A stretch of DNA of 64,000 nucleotides from Phycisphaerales bacterium (GTDB lineage Bacteria > Planctomycetota > Phycisphaerae > Sedimentisphaerales > UBA12454), in contig JBDKUM010000239.1 in NCBI GenBank assembly GCA_039679715.1, forward strand, positions 32,060 through 96,059. Direction: 5' to 3'. A program made the position numbers and the translations under genes. Each line of letters starts with the position of its first letter. The first letter of the stretch is position 1. Shown in pieces: positions 29,440 to 38,621 of this stretch. Under the pieces are notes generated by a model. That model saw nothing but the letters and a program-made list of their open reading frames with translations. It had not been told where the DNA came from and did not search any database.

Positions 29440-30531
29440 ATGACAAATGAAGAGGCAATTTCAAAACTACAAGATATATTAAATGACATTCCCCGATTAA
29501 AAAATTTAAACATTGAACATGAAGAACTTGAGATCTGGCATGAAAAAATAAACATCCTTATTCGTGCAATATTTGTGGATGATTATAAAGAACGAATAGC
29601 CTCTTTCCAAAAGATTTATTTATATAATGTTTATGCTAAATTGGGTAAAGGTGACGTATGTGCTACATTTAATGCATATTTGGATACAGCAGAAATAAAA
29701 CTCAAAAAAATGATAGATGAATTAGAACTATTGGAACCAACAACAAAAAACTCCACATCTCCGAATTCGCAACAAGTAGTTATAAATGGCAACAACAATG
29801 TCGTCGCCAATGGTGATATAGCTATTAATAATGTATTACAAGAAAATCAAAAAAATAAAACACCATGGTATAAAAAAGCATGGGCAATAATTAGTGGAAT
29901 AACTATTTTATTAGGAGGAATCCTTACTATTATACAAATTTATGAATCTAAAACATTTAGTGAGGGTTTGTTGGAAAAAAAAGAGAACTATATAATGGCA
30001 GAAACTATAGATTACAATAATTGGATAACTCCGTTGAATGTACGAACTCATAAACGAATAGATGATTTATATAAAAAAATTGAAAATGAGAAGTTGAATC
30101 CTTGGTTATTTATTAATGCTGGTTTAAAAGTCGAATTAACACGGTTTGATGGAAAAATTATCTCTTGTCAAGGAGTTCTATTTGAAGGTTCACCAAGGCT
30201 TGTTTTTTGGAGTGATGATTTTATACCACCTTTTATTGAAGATACAATAAAGAAGGTTTTTGATCAGACCTTAGAAGAATGTAGAGCCAATAATTTGCAT
30301 CCTCAACGTTACCTCTATGAAACTAAATGTTTATTAATGGGATTTGTTGGTAAAGTATATAATCGAATGGCTGAAATTGATTACGAACTTATGAAGAAAA
30401 ATAGTGAGAAGAAGATAAAATTCAGAGATGTGATTTTAGAAAATAAAAAAATGGATGAACTTATAGAGAAATATTATCAAGCAGCTATATTGTTAGGAAC
30501 AAAAAAAAATGATGTAAATGTATCAAGATAA
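29440..30531 (+). CDS. Hypothetical protein A of the AT-rich cassette: helical N-domain, Asn-rich linker, one TM helix, C-terminal domain of about 190 aa
   Basis: AAGGAG RBS 8 nt upstream. TM helix AWAIISGITILLGGILTIIQIY in the middle. I recognise no family motif. Confidence 0.5.
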   Translation: MTNEEAISKLQDILNDIPRLKNLNIEHEELEIWHEKINILIRAIFVDDYKERIASFQKIYLYNVYAKLGKGDVCATFNAYLDTAEIKLKKMIDELELLEPTTKNSTSPNSQQVVINGNNNVVANGDIAINNVLQENQKNKTPWYKKAWAIISGITILLGGILTIIQIYESKTFSEGLLEKKENYIMAETIDYNNWITPLNVRTHKRIDDLYKKIENEKLNPWLFINAGLKVELTRFDGKIISCQGVLFEGSPRLVFWSDDFIPPFIEDTIKKVFDQTLEECRANNLHPQRYLYETKCLLMGFVGKVYNRMAEIDYELMKKNSEKKIKFRDVILENKKMDELIEKYYQAAILLGTKKNDVNVSR

Positions 30532-30557
30532 TAAAAATGTGAATGAAGGAAAATTAA

Positions 30558-31025
30558 ATGGAAAAAAAAGATAATTATACATTGGAAGAGATAGAACCTT
30601 CACAGAATTGCTTGGACTTCATTGAAAACTCGGAAGGTGTCTTTCTTTCAGCAGAAAAGAATTTTAGAAAAGAAAATGAAGTACTTAAACAAGATACATT
30701 TAAATTTGCTAAATGGATGAGGCAAAATAAACCAGAAATTAAGGTAGAAATCGAAAAATGTAATAATATAATCAATTTAAGATCTCATGAAGTTTGGATT
30801 CCTTTAATTTTTTTGGGAACTAATGTTGCATTGCCTCTTTTCCTAAACGCAGTTTATGATTATTTAAAATTTGTTTTTAGAGGGAATCTTTCGGAAGATA
30901 GTTCAAGAGTGCATTTAAAAGTTATCTATAAGGATAAAGAAAAATATAAAGAGCTTGATTATAACGGCAGTTTAGAAGGGTTTGAAAAAATTAAAAAATC
31001 TACCATAGATAGTATTGTAAAATGA
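30558..31025 (+). CDS. Hypothetical protein B of the AT-rich cassette, small membrane protein
   Basis: GAAGGA RBS and hydrophobic segment VWIPLIFLGTNVALPLFLNAVY. Its stop overlaps the next start (ATGA). Confidence 0.5.
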   Translation: MEKKDNYTLEEIEPSQNCLDFIENSEGVFLSAEKNFRKENEVLKQDTFKFAKWMRQNKPEIKVEIEKCNNIINLRSHEVWIPLIFLGTNVALPLFLNAVYDYLKFVFRGNLSEDSSRVHLKVIYKDKEKYKELDYNGSLEGFEKIKKSTIDSIVK

Positions 31026-31918
31026 CTAATGTATTATTCCATACTGAGGAATTAGAGAAGTGTTGGATTGATTGTACTGGTATACTCAAATCATATTTTC
31101 AAAATATAATTGATTACAAATTTGATTTAGCAGGACAATCGACTGAAAAACTTATCAAATTTGTAAATGATTATGAAAATCTTAACAGCATCGGTCATCC
31201 TGATAAATTTTATAATGATTGCTTTATTTTTAAAGAATATGCAAATCTTCTGAGTTCTTATGCACAATATTGGTCACAAATTTGTTCTAATAAATATGAA
31301 CAATCTTGGGATACTCTCCAAGATATTTTAGATTCTTTAAGAAATATCAAAAAATTTACATTATTTGATAAAACTATTTTATTTAAGTTTTTGGAAAAAC
31401 AAGCACTAGGATTAGAAAAACTTTATCCTTACAGATTTTTTGCAAGTACCGAAATAGTTGTTAGTCAAATAGAATGCAGTATCTGTGGAAAAAACATTAA
31501 TAGTAATGAATGCAATCATATTAAAGGAGAACTTTATAGAGGAAAAATGGCTTATGGTATAGTTAAAGAAATAAAAGATTGCTTGGCTATTGCCTTAGTT
31601 GAAAATCCAGCAGATAAAAGATGCAAAATGCAATCTCTAGATGGCAAACCTTTTAAATTTCCTTGTGTTGAATATTTAACGAAATTAATATTAACCCAAA
31701 AAATCAATCCTTTATATATTTCTCATGCAGAAGAAACCATTCATAGAATTCCGATAAAAGACAGTAAAATCGGAAGAAATGAAATATGTCCGTGTGGAAG
31801 TGGTAAAAAATTAAAAAAATGCTGCATAAATAAAGAATTTGCCCAAAAAAATCATATAGAAATTATACTTAAGAAAGACGGTATATTAACGTCCAATGAT
31901 TTAATATCCTTGAACTAA
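31022..31918 (+). CDS. Hypothetical protein C of the AT-rich cassette: Zn-ribbon-like CxxC...CxH plus C-terminal SEC-C motif
   Basis: CSICGKNINSNECNH cluster and CPCGSGKKLKKCC (SEC-C metal-binding motif C-x-C-x8-C-C). Start overlaps the upstream stop by 4 nt (ATGA), which implies translational coupling. Confidence 0.55.
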   Translation: MTNVLFHTEELEKCWIDCTGILKSYFQNIIDYKFDLAGQSTEKLIKFVNDYENLNSIGHPDKFYNDCFIFKEYANLLSSYAQYWSQICSNKYEQSWDTLQDILDSLRNIKKFTLFDKTILFKFLEKQALGLEKLYPYRFFASTEIVVSQIECSICGKNINSNECNHIKGELYRGKMAYGIVKEIKDCLAIALVENPADKRCKMQSLDGKPFKFPCVEYLTKLILTQKINPLYISHAEETIHRIPIKDSKIGRNEICPCGSGKKLKKCCINKEFAQKNHIEIILKKDGILTSNDLISLN

Positions 31919-31975
31919 AAATATTTAAATTGTTGGGGATTAAGCATGGTATTTGACATTTTTTTCCTCGTTCTG

Positions 31976-32674
31976 TCAGTAATTATTTGCGATGAGCGTA
32001 TCTAAAATCTCCGACATCTTTAAATTAATATTTTCAAACTTATTCAAATCCGAAAGAGCAATCCGCGCATTTTGAATGTATTGTTCCTTTTTGATTTCAT
32101 TTGGAAAATTATCGTACAATGCTTTGGCATATTTATAATTAGTTTCAAGGTGGAATTGGAAACCAATTACCTTGGTGCCGATTATAAACCCCTGGTTTTT
32201 TGTTACCTTGCTCGAGGCAAGCAAAGTTGCGCCTTTGGGTAAATCAAAGGTATCGCCATGCCAGTGGTATGCATTTATTTTTTCCGAAAAACAAGACGCG
32301 AGAATAGTATTTTTTGCTTCGCTTGAAGGAATTAAATCAAACCATCCGATTTCTTTATTTTCATTTTTATAAACTTTCGCACCGAGACATGCAGCTATTA
32401 GCTGCGCGCCTAAACAAACGCCTATAACTACTTTTCCCGCATCGATTGCCTGTTTGATAAATTTTTTCTCGTCCGCAAGCCATGAATATTTGTCATCGTC
32501 ATTCGCGCTCATTGCGCCGCCCATAATTATCAGCCAATCGAAACTGTCGATACTCGGCAATGATTGATTCAGATAAAAATGAGTCGATGTTGAAGGGATA
32601 TTTTTCTCATTAAAATATTCCCCCATACTTCCAAGCCCTTCAAACGGCAAATGTTGTAACCAATGTACCTTCAT
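31976..32674 (-). CDS. Class I glutamine amidotransferase-like protein (GMP-synthase-type GATase1 domain only)
   Basis: GVCLGAQLIAACLG nucleophile elbow, HWHGDTF, and FQFHLE (His-Glu of the triad). Confidence 0.7.
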   Translation of the reverse strand: MKVHWLQHLPFEGLGSMGEYFNEKNIPSTSTHFYLNQSLPSIDSFDWLIIMGGAMSANDDDKYSWLADEKKFIKQAIDAGKVVIGVCLGAQLIAACLGAKVYKNENKEIGWFDLIPSSEAKNTILASCFSEKINAYHWHGDTFDLPKGATLLASSKVTKNQGFIIGTKVIGFQFHLETNYKYAKALYDNFPNEIKKEQYIQNARIALSDLNKFENINLKMSEILDTLIANNY

Positions 32675-32686
32675 TATTTATTTCTT

Positions 32687-32739
32687 TTCCGTGTTAATCC
32701 GTGTAAATCCGTGTCTAAGATTCAGTGTGAATCCGCGTC
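32687..32739. repeat. Short tandem/dispersed 10-nt repeat AATCCGTGTn (3 adjacent units plus AATCCGCGTC)
   Basis: ttCCGTGTT AATCCGTGTA AATCCGTGTC ... AATCCGCGTC read directly. The last unit supplies the final codons (DADSH-stop) of the minus-strand gene 32722-33456. Confidence 0.7.
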
Positions 32740-33456
32740 TTTTAAAATTTTAGCAAGAGCATCCATTGCTTGTTTCGCATTCCCAATTGGCTCACCGACA
32801 AATGTTCCATCTGCAAGCCTGTTCCAGTTTGGCGAGCCTTCGCCATCACGATTAACAATTATATGTTTGTAATTTTTGGAAGCTTTGATTTCCAAAACCG
32901 AATCGTTAATGCGTTTTTGAACATCTTTCAAAAATTCCGCATCAATATTTCTTTTATGAAATTTTATCCGCTGAAATTGTTTGTCTGCCATCAAAGATTT
33001 AATAAAAAGCTCAACATCCATTCCGATTGATTTTATAAAATCAAGTTCATCCCAGCTTACCGGCGATACAAAAACAGTCTCAATTATAATATCTTTCAAT
33101 CTTTCAGCCGCAAGAAGTGGCGGCACAATCGGATAATACATCTCCATAAGAATCGTATCTTCGGGATAGTTGATAATCAAATCGAGATTGATCGCCTGGC
33201 TGTAACCAAAACATTTACCTATCACGAAATGATCATTTTTTGCAAGCGCTGCAATTTCATCTTCAGTCCGCCAGCAATCAGGATTATTCCAAACACTATG
33301 TTCATCCGGCCGAGGAATATGATTTCTCGAATGTTTGCTTTTGATAACCTGCAATTTTGTAAATTTTACATCAGGCCGGAATTGCTTTACAGCCGCCGTC
33401 AACGGCCCTTTGCCGACGCAGCTCGGCCCGGATAATAGTATTAATCTTTTTCCCAT
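32722..33456 (-). CDS. Divergent guanylate-kinase-like P-loop protein
   Basis: LILLSGPSCVGKGPL P-loop in the Gmk position, and loosely Gmk-like spacing downstream. Not a canonical gmk. Confidence 0.4.
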   Translation of the reverse strand: MGKRLILLSGPSCVGKGPLTAAVKQFRPDVKFTKLQVIKSKHSRNHIPRPDEHSVWNNPDCWRTEDEIAALAKNDHFVIGKCFGYSQAINLDLIINYPEDTILMEMYYPIVPPLLAAERLKDIIIETVFVSPVSWDELDFIKSIGMDVELFIKSLMADKQFQRIKFHKRNIDAEFLKDVQKRINDSVLEIKASKNYKHIIVNRDGEGSPNWNRLADGTFVGEPIGNAKQAMDALAKILKDADSH

Positions 33457-33560
33457 GTGATATTATTTATATTGTTCCTGAATCTTTCGCAATAAAAAAA
33501 ACTGCATCCCCGACGAAGTCGGGAAACTACATTTTTGCATTTTAAATTTTGATTTTTTAA

Positions 33561-36173
33561 TTATTTTTTAATTATTCCCGTCAATCCTCCCGAATTGATT
33601 GTAACGATATTTGTCAGAATTCTGGGCAGCATTAATCCTCTCGGACACGCAAGATATTTTGCTTTCCATTCCGGGTTGAACTTTTCCTTATATTGCCGCA
33701 AGCCCTGGAAGTTATAAAAATGTTCACCCTGCTTGAAAAGAAAAGTTCCAAATTTGTGCCACATCGGTGCAAGTTCCTTATCAACAAGCCCGGATAGCGG
33801 CGCGATTCCGAAATTAAATGTTTCATATCCTTGTTCTTTCCCCCAAAGCAGCAGCTCGGCAAACAAAAAATCCATAATTCCATTCGGACAATCCGCCACA
33901 TGCCGCATCAAATCTATTGATAATTCTTTTTTCTTTCCGGTTGTCCAGATATTAGCGAAGGCCGCAATTTGCCCATCCTTGTTTATCGTTGCGATTGGAA
34001 AATAACTAATGTACTTACTGCTGAAGTTTCCGATAGAAAATCTTTTCTCACGAGTGTTTTTTTCTTTCAGCCACGAATTTGAAATCTCTTCCAGCCTGCC
34101 AATGATATTGCCTGTATCTTCCGCGGGCACAACGTTAAAAGTGTATCCAAGTTTTGTGATTTTATTATGTTCATTGCGCAAATTTTTGTTTGCGGCTCCT
34201 GCCAGTGAAAAATTCTTCAAATCTACGATCGCTTCTTCACCTAATTTTAAAAATGAAAGACCGATATCCAGATAATAATCCAGATGAGCATTCTCTATAT
34301 GATAAAACACCGTCCAGCCGTCATAATAATCGCTTAGTTCACGAAATTTCCAAATCAGTTCATTCCATTCTTCCTCAGGCCCCACAGGCCCGCCCATCGT
34401 TATCCAACTCCTGCCCTCCACACCGTACATAATAAACGCGTTTTTCTTTTCATTGAATAAAAATTCCTTATCGCCCAGCAGCGCGATATTCCCTTCCGTT
34501 TTTTCAGAATCGTTTATAATTTGCCGTACAGTCTGCAAAACTTCGTCCGTAGGCTCTGTGATTTTAGGTTTGGTGGGCAAAAGTAGTTGCATAACAGAAA
34601 ATAAAAGCACAACAACGGTAACTCCGCAGCTTGCACGCAAAAATCTCGGCGCATCACTGTGAAATGCGAACCGCCACCAAAGCTCGCTGGAATATTCGAT
34701 ATGCCTGTAAGAAAAAAATCCAATCCATATCGAACAGGCTATAACGATAAAAATCAAAACGAACCAAAACATCTCGAACTTCCGCGAAAAAATTGCCGCA
34801 TGCCTGTAAAATTCTTTTCTGCATGGTAAAAATGTTATGAGAATAACTGAAAGAATTATTGCCTCTTCGTAATCGAAACCTTTCATCAGCGAAAAAACTA
34901 TACCCGCACTTAAAAGTGCAACTGTTAAATGATATGCAGCGTTTATTCTACGCTGAAGACTTCTTGCAAGCAAAAGCAAAAGGGTGCCGGCTATGCTCGC
35001 TAAAAAATGTGAAAGTTCTATTGCCCCAAGCGGAAGAATATCTTTTAAAAATTGCATTCTTCCTCGTGTCGCCGGCAATGCACCTGATATCAGAAGGATC
35101 ATACCTCCTATAAAACTGCTTAATGCCAGTATCCCAGGCGTTACTATTGAAGACCATTTCTCAAAAATATCGCCCGCCTCTCGTATAATGTGTTTGCTTT
35201 CAAGCAGTTCATGTATCGCTAGCGCCGCGGCACCGAATGAAAATGGAATAATATAATAAATCAGCCTGTAAATAAGTAGAGAACCGAATACCGCCGACGA
35301 TTGATCGAAAGGCGCAAGAAGCAGAAGCATGATTGTTTCAAACACGCCAAGCCCGCCCGGCACATTGCTGAAAACTCCCGCGATTTGGGCCAGAAGGAAC
35401 AATTCTACAAAATGCACAAACCCTATTCCGATATCATTAGGCAAAAGAACATAAAGAACTCCGCTTGCGATGATCCAATCTGCGCTCGAGATAAATATCT
35501 GCCCAAGCAAAATGTGAACCGAAGGTTTTTCAAGTTCCCATCCTCCGATTTTGAGCATTCTTTTACCGGTAAGAACGTAAGCGATATAAATAGAGACTAT
35601 TATCAGGAAAACAATACCTATTGATTTAAGCAATGATTGTGATATATGCAAATTCGCCGGCAGTTTATCATTGAGTAGAATAAAAGAAATTCCTGAAACA
35701 CCAAGAAACCCCAGCCAGAAAGTTATTGAACAAAAAACAACGAGTTTTGCGATATGTGTCGATGAAATGCCAAGAGCTGAATATATCCTGTATCTTACCG
35801 TGCTTCCGCCGAGGATATTAAGATTATGGGTGAATGAGTAGCTAACGAATGATACCGCTGCGATTTTCGAATATTTCAAAGGTTCGCCAAGATATTTGAT
35901 TGCAAGGGTATCATAAAATGTCAAAACGAAATAATCGATGATTGTAAGTCCAATTGCACACAGAAGCGATATCGAGGGTATCTGATGAATATTGGAGATA
36001 ATATCCGCTAGCCGGTACTGCTTAAGCCTGTGATGAATTACAAATAATGCGACCAAGAACAGGCAAATGCCTGCAACGCTGCCAACATAACGCATTATTT
36101 TATTTTTGTTCATATCCGTAAGATATAGTCCAAAAAGCCTGATTATTTTGCCTACATAGTTCGTTTTTGTCAA
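33561..36173 (-). CDS. mprF: MprF-like bifunctional aminoacyl-phosphatidylglycerol synthase/flippase
   Basis: About 14 TM helices in the N-terminal 520 aa, then a C-terminal cytoplasmic domain with motifs like the MprF synthase domain (GDKEFLF...AFIMYGVEGRSWITMGGPVG...RFSIGNF...YNFQGLRQYKEKFNPEW). The exact start is uncertain. Confidence 0.75.
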   Translation of the reverse strand: MTKTNYVGKIIRLFGLYLTDMNKNKIMRYVGSVAGICLFLVALFVIHHRLKQYRLADIISNIHQIPSISLLCAIGLTIIDYFVLTFYDTLAIKYLGEPLKYSKIAAVSFVSYSFTHNLNILGGSTVRYRIYSALGISSTHIAKLVVFCSITFWLGFLGVSGISFILLNDKLPANLHISQSLLKSIGIVFLIIVSIYIAYVLTGKRMLKIGGWELEKPSVHILLGQIFISSADWIIASGVLYVLLPNDIGIGFVHFVELFLLAQIAGVFSNVPGGLGVFETIMLLLLAPFDQSSAVFGSLLIYRLIYYIIPFSFGAAALAIHELLESKHIIREAGDIFEKWSSIVTPGILALSSFIGGMILLISGALPATRGRMQFLKDILPLGAIELSHFLASIAGTLLLLLARSLQRRINAAYHLTVALLSAGIVFSLMKGFDYEEAIILSVILITFLPCRKEFYRHAAIFSRKFEMFWFVLIFIVIACSIWIGFFSYRHIEYSSELWWRFAFHSDAPRFLRASCGVTVVVLLFSVMQLLLPTKPKITEPTDEVLQTVRQIINDSEKTEGNIALLGDKEFLFNEKKNAFIMYGVEGRSWITMGGPVGPEEEWNELIWKFRELSDYYDGWTVFYHIENAHLDYYLDIGLSFLKLGEEAIVDLKNFSLAGAANKNLRNEHNKITKLGYTFNVVPAEDTGNIIGRLEEISNSWLKEKNTREKRFSIGNFSSKYISYFPIATINKDGQIAAFANIWTTGKKKELSIDLMRHVADCPNGIMDFLFAELLLWGKEQGYETFNFGIAPLSGLVDKELAPMWHKFGTFLFKQGEHFYNFQGLRQYKEKFNPEWKAKYLACPRGLMLPRILTNIVTINSGGLTGIIKK

Positions 36174-36286
36174 ACAGGATTATGATTGCTCTTTTTACAA
36201 TTTTTGATAATCTGTTGTCGCATCATTCCTAACTTATTTTTGTAATTTGTTCCTTGGTTATTAATTGGTTATTGGTCATTTAGATT

Positions 36287-37192
36287 ATGTGGCTTTATCT
36301 TGGCGTATTTTCTGCCCTTTTTTTGGGCCTTTATGATATTAGTAAAAAGCATTCATTAAGACATAACGCTGTTTTGCCGGTGCTGCTCTATTCATGCCTT
36401 ACCGCAACCATTATATTTATTCCTTTTATCGTACTGTCATACACGCATCCGGATTTATTAATAAATAAAGGGTTGTATGTCCCGCCAGTAACAACTTTTA
36501 CAGGTCATTGGCACCTGTTTTTAAAATCGCTTATCGTTTATATTTCGTGGATTTTGAGCTATTCTGCTCTTAAACATCTTCCAATCTCGATCGCAACTCC
36601 AATCGGTGCTTCCGCTCCATTATGGACGCTTATCGGTGCGGTTATTGTTTTTCATGAGCATCCTAATTCAATGCAATACCTCGGTTTAGCTGTCATGATT
36701 GCCTCATATTATTTTTACTCTATTATCGGCAATAAAGAAGGGATACGCTTTTCGCGCGATAAATGGGTCGCGTTTATTTTCGCCGCGACTCTAATTGGCA
36801 CCTTGAGCGGCCTATATGACAAACATCTCATTCAAACCCTTAAATATCATCCGCTTACAGTACAGGCATGGTTCTTCGTTTATCTCGTGGTTCTTTTTAT
36901 TCCAACACTGCTTATAACAAATTGGAAACAGTTGGGAGGGCCGAAAATCCCCTTCATTTGGCGATGGAGTATTCCTTTAATAGGTATATTTCTGATTATC
37001 GCCGATTTTGCGTACTTCAAAGCTTTAACTTATACAGGCTCATTAGTTTCAATGCTGGCAACACTTAGATGCAGTTGCGTTGTAATTTCATTCCTCGGCG
37101 GCATTATACTTTTCAACGAACTTCGCCCCGGCTACAAAGCCGTCGCCCTCACCGGCGTCCTTGCCGGCACATTCCTGATCCTAACTTCGTAG
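36287..37192 (+). CDS. EamA/DMT-superfamily transporter
   Basis: Ten predicted TM helices arranged as two 5-TM halves, and a length of 301 aa typical of EamA. Confidence 0.65.
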   Translation: MWLYLGVFSALFLGLYDISKKHSLRHNAVLPVLLYSCLTATIIFIPFIVLSYTHPDLLINKGLYVPPVTTFTGHWHLFLKSLIVYISWILSYSALKHLPISIATPIGASAPLWTLIGAVIVFHEHPNSMQYLGLAVMIASYYFYSIIGNKEGIRFSRDKWVAFIFAATLIGTLSGLYDKHLIQTLKYHPLTVQAWFFVYLVVLFIPTLLITNWKQLGGPKIPFIWRWSIPLIGIFLIIADFAYFKALTYTGSLVSMLATLRCSCVVISFLGGIILFNELRPGYKAVALTGVLAGTFLILTS

Positions 37193-37436
37193 AACTCTTT
37201 GTTATTGACAAGACACTGTCATTTCAACCGTAGGCGACGAGGTCGCCGGAGTGGTTGGAGCGTAGCGTCGAAGCGCAAGCGTAAACCCCCGATTCTTCAG
37301 GAATTTTATGCTTACAATCCCCCATGTGGGGACTTGAGAACAAAATTCAGAGGGGGAGAAATCTTTTAAAACAGTAATTCCAATTTTGAAAAGTGTTAAT
37401 TCGCGGTTAAAACGCTAATTGTAACCGGAAATTATC

Positions 37437-37465
37437 TTGAGCCGTTTTTTATACGATAGTATAAT
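37437..37465 (+). promoter_or_regulatory. Sigma70-like promoter TTGAGC-N17-TATAAT
   Basis: TTGAGC at 37437-37442 and TATAAT at 37460-37465, read directly. 17 nt upstream of the AAGGAA RBS and ATG at 37483. Confidence 0.45.
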
Positions 37466-37482
37466 TCTCAAGAAGGAATTTC

Positions 37483-38082
37483 ATGCAAGAGAGCACGGAT
37501 AATAAGACGGAATTCAAAACATTAGGCCAAAATCAAATCATTGCCAAAACTCTGCTCATTATCTTTGGAATGTTCATCATTTTTAGAATCGCAAATTTTT
37601 CTCTGGTCGTATACCCGATTCTTTCTCGGTCAATGGTACCCCAAGAACAAAATCTTCTAATTTTGAATTTAGTATACTTCGGTTTGCTTATAGCCTTATT
37701 TGCCTGCGTGTTATACTATTTTATAATTAACAATAGCTGGCTGATAAAGAAGATCGTACCAGCCGAAGAGCCTCTAAAAAATCCCGCATTATGGTTTATT
37801 GTCCTTCTTCGTGCTGCCCTTGTGCTAACAGGTTTGATTTTACTTTCATCGAATCTTGACACGATTATCACTGCCGCAAGATTCATCATTCATTTGCCGC
37901 CCGCGCTGCGGGAAATGATTACTAATATAATTCAGGGCAATAAAGTTTTTGGACCTGTTCATACAATGGAAATTTATAAATTTAGCATGACGATACTAAG
38001 CATCTATCTGATTGCCGGCTGCCCCGGATTCGTAAAATGGCAGGTGAATAAAAATTTAAAGCAGGAGATAGACAATGAATAA
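37483..38082 (+). CDS. Four-TM membrane protein, unknown family (paralog 1)
   Basis: Hydrophobic helices. The C-terminal motif IYLIAGCPGFVKWQVNKNLKQ is shared with the next gene. Confidence 0.5.
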   Translation: MQESTDNKTEFKTLGQNQIIAKTLLIIFGMFIIFRIANFSLVVYPILSRSMVPQEQNLLILNLVYFGLLIALFACVLYYFIINNSWLIKKIVPAEEPLKNPALWFIVLLRAALVLTGLILLSSNLDTIITAARFIIHLPPALREMITNIIQGNKVFGPVHTMEIYKFSMTILSIYLIAGCPGFVKWQVNKNLKQEIDNE

Positions 38083-38581
38083 AATGCAGTCACTTGCGAA
38101 AACAGTTATAACTTTGTTTTGCATCTATTGGCTAATAGCTTTGATATTGGGAATGTTCCATTTCGTATTTTTTACATTACAAACACGTACGAAAGTAATG
38201 AATATAGGCATGATTTTAGTTGCCCTGGTCTATATTATCATTATTCTGGTTGTGATAGGGGTACTTCAAAAACGAAACAGTTTAGCTCTGAAAATTGCCA
38301 ATGACGACGAATTAAAAGAGGTAGATGTTCAGATAAAATGGATTCCTTTCACATATCGGCTTGTATCTGTAATCGCTGGACTGTTTTTCCTTTTCAAGGC
38401 CGCAACCTACCTGCAAAGAATAGGCATCAGTAGGTTTAGTTCTGAATCGGGCATTTTTGAAATTACCTTAACTATTATAATCCTGATTGCTGCCGGTATA
38501 TATTTTCTCTGCGGTGCGCCGCATTTCGTTAGATGGCAAATTAAAAAGACACTCCAACTCTGCACGAAAAATAATTTTTAA
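38075..38581 (+). CDS. Four-TM membrane protein, unknown family (paralog 2)
   Basis: Start overlaps the upstream stop by 8 nt. The C-terminal IYFLCGAPHFVRWQIKKTLQ matches paralog 1. Confidence 0.5.
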   Translation: MNKMQSLAKTVITLFCIYWLIALILGMFHFVFFTLQTRTKVMNIGMILVALVYIIIILVVIGVLQKRNSLALKIANDDELKEVDVQIKWIPFTYRLVSVIAGLFFLFKAATYLQRIGISRFSSESGIFEITLTIIILIAAGIYFLCGAPHFVRWQIKKTLQLCTKNNF

Positions 38582-38621
38582 AAAATGACTGCCCCGATTA
38601 AATCGGAGTAGATTCCATTTC

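Noticed and set aside
29393-31939. Possible target-site or att-like direct repeats flanking the AT-rich cassette: ATTGTTATGGA at 29393-29403 and ATTGTTGGGGA at 31929-31939.
   Set aside because: Only 9 of 11 positions match, in very AT-rich sequence, and there is no integrase or tRNA. This is too weak to claim mobility.
32687-32739. CRISPR-like reading of the short tandem repeats here, and of the AT-only repeats elsewhere.
   Set aside because: The units are 9-10 nt or about 25 nt with no regularly sized unique spacers. There are no cas genes in the window.
37215-37340. A GC-rich patch in the EamA downstream spacer: GGCGAC-gag-GTCGCC at 37233-37247, GAGCGTAGCGTCGAAGCGCAAGCG, and CCCCCATGTGGGG. 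I considered it as a small structured RNA or REP element.
   Set aside because: The stems are very short, there is no second copy in the window, and there are no recognisable ncRNA family motifs. I noted it but cannot support a call.
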